A stretch of DNA of 21,298 nucleotides from Fonticula alba ATCC 38817 (lineage: Eukaryota; Protista; Nucleariida), in assembly GCA_000388065.2 (NCBI GenBank), contig KB932202.1. One strand, given 5' to 3'. Position 1 is the first letter of the stretch, and each line of letters begins with the position of its first letter. Both the position numbers and the translations under genes were made by a program. Positions 19,775 through 21,298 of the stretch are shown piece by piece. The notes under the pieces were generated by a model, which was given only the letters and a program-made list of their open reading frames with translations, did no database searches and was not told where the DNA came from.

Positions 19775-19948
19775 CTAATTACCGACGAAGTCGTGAAGAT
19801 GACAGGACTCCCGCATGACGGTCAGCATGACGGAGGGGCGAGTCGCGGGCGGTTTCGCCGAGTCGGTGCTCTCCTCCTCCGGCTTCTGAGACGGGCGAGC
19901 CGAGGTGCCGAACAGAGTGAATGCAATGTGCACGCTGGGCTTGTCGCT

Positions 19949-19982
<34 letters not shown>

Positions 19983-20944
19983 AAAAAAACCCGGCAGAAC
20001 TTGCCGAGGAGGCGCACCGGCACGCCACAAGTATTTCCTTCGTCGGACGACTGAATTTCAACCTGCCCTCCGCAGATCCGAACCGCCTGCTGCTCCTTGG
20101 TGAAGGTGTGGCCGGTGAGCGGGGTGNNNNNNNNNNNNNNNNNNNNNNNNNNNNNNNNNNNNNNNNNNNNNNNNNNNNNNNNNNNNNNNNNNNNNNNNNN
20201 NNNNNNNNNNNNNNNNNNNNNNNNNNNNNNNNNNNNNNNNNNNNNNNNNNNNNNNNNNNNNNNNNNNNNNNNNNNNNNNNNNNNNNNNNNNNNNNNNNNN
20301 NNNNNNNNNNNNNNNNNNNNNNNNNNNNNNNNNNNNNNNNNNNNNNNNNNNNNNNNNNNNNNNNNNNNNNNNNNNNNNNNNNNNNNNNNNNNNNNNNNNN
20401 NNNNNNNNNNNNNNNNNNNNNNNNNNNNNNNNNNNNNNNNNNNNNNNNNNNNNNNNNNNNNNNNNNNNNNNNNNNNNNNNNNNNNNNNNNNNNNNNNNNN
20501 NNNNNNNNNNNNNNNNNNNNNNNNNNNNNNNNNNNNNNNNNNNNNNNNNNNNNNNNNNNNNNNNNNNNNNNNNNNNNNNNNNNNNNNNNNNNNNNNNNNN
20601 NNNNNNNNNNNNNNNNNNNNNNNNNNNNNNNNNNNNNNNNNNNNNNNNNNNNNNNNNNNNNNNNNNNNNNNNNGGGGAGGGGACATACACATTCCGAGCG
20701 CCACAAGTGTGTGATATCGGGGCCGTTCAAATGGCCTCTCCGTTGCGTCGGCGACGAGACACACTCGGCCTGGGCTCCACGCATGATCGTCCTGCGGCCA
20801 CATCTCTCGAGCCCAGCCAGAGGCGGAGCCCGGGGCGAGCCACGCAGGTGCACATCCGTCGGCACTTGACGAGATAAGTACCCACCGATGGATCCAATTA
20901 AAGCCCTCAATTGGCTTGCACTCGAGAACAGCCTCCAAGGTCAT
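19775..20944 (-). CDS. Possible unknown multi-exon gene, interrupted by a gap
   Basis: ATG at 20944 with an in-frame stop just upstream. Complex, non-repetitive peptides on both sides of the gap are in the same frame, although the gap length is only an estimate. A phase-matched GT(20000)...CAG(19947) intron removes the poly-C tract and gives LLGN-DKPSVHIAFTLFG. An AAG acceptor at 20096 is preceded by CTCAC. No family was recognised. Confidence 0.35.
20127..20673. other. Assembly gap (547 N)
   Basis: N run flanked by G-rich sequence on both sides. Confidence 1.
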
Positions 20945-21298
20945 GTTGTGTTGAATAGATAATCACAATATCCCTCTGCGAACTACCCACGGGACCAGGT
21001 CCAACCGATCCGGTGCCTGGATTGCCGTCCCTGAAGGGTGTGCTAAACACAGAGCAGACCCCACTCGCCGGGAGGGGGGGTATATGCGGCCGGCGGTGGG
21101 CGTACGCGCGCGAGGGGGAGGGGGCTGGGAGAATGTTCCCGCCGCCCCACTCCACTGGTCCCCCAGGTCAACCGAGTTCCTAGGGGGGGGGGGGGGGGGG
21201 GGTGAGGTCACTTGGGGTTCGAGGCACTGGCCGAATTTGGTCCAGCCTTGCGGGCGCGTACGTCTGCCGGCCGGAGCTATACGCGGGTGCTCTCCGGC

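Noticed and set aside
1-21298. tRNA, rRNA, snRNA genes and intact transposons
   Set aside because: No cloverleaf with A/B boxes, rRNA-like segment, Sm-site RNA, LTR/TIR pair or RT/integrase motif was recognisable by eye. tRNAscan and Infernal were not run.

Overview
GC-rich, intron-rich eukaryotic genomic DNA: GT-AG spliceosomal introns (dominant donor GTGCGT, CTRAY-type branch sites), many microsatellites and G/C runs, and three N gaps. There is no sign of operons, rRNA, tRNA or CRISPR. The host is probably a protist; an opisthokont protist is possible but cannot be established from this window. I reconstructed five multi-exon genes by hand, each giving an intact frame: RPN1/PSMD2 (minus, 6 exons, about 1175 aa), a TATDN1-type TatD nuclease with a long N-terminal extension (plus, 6 exons, about 550 aa), RPL37 (plus, 4 exons, 92 aa), SF3A2/SF3a66 (plus, 4 exons, 384 aa) and a type II DAHP synthase (plus, 5 exons, about 750 aa). 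The DAHP synthase is the most interesting item. It keeps its catalytic motifs, appears to lack the alpha2a/alpha2b allosteric insert (as in bacterial PhzC-like type IIB enzymes), carries four spliceosomal introns, and is greatly enlarged by insertions, four of which each carry a CxxC motif. Weaker signals are possible unannotated spliced units on the minus strand (about 4.9-5.7 kb and 19.8-20.9 kb) and a hairpin cluster in RPL37 intron 1. All family assignments rest on motif recall; no database searches were run.
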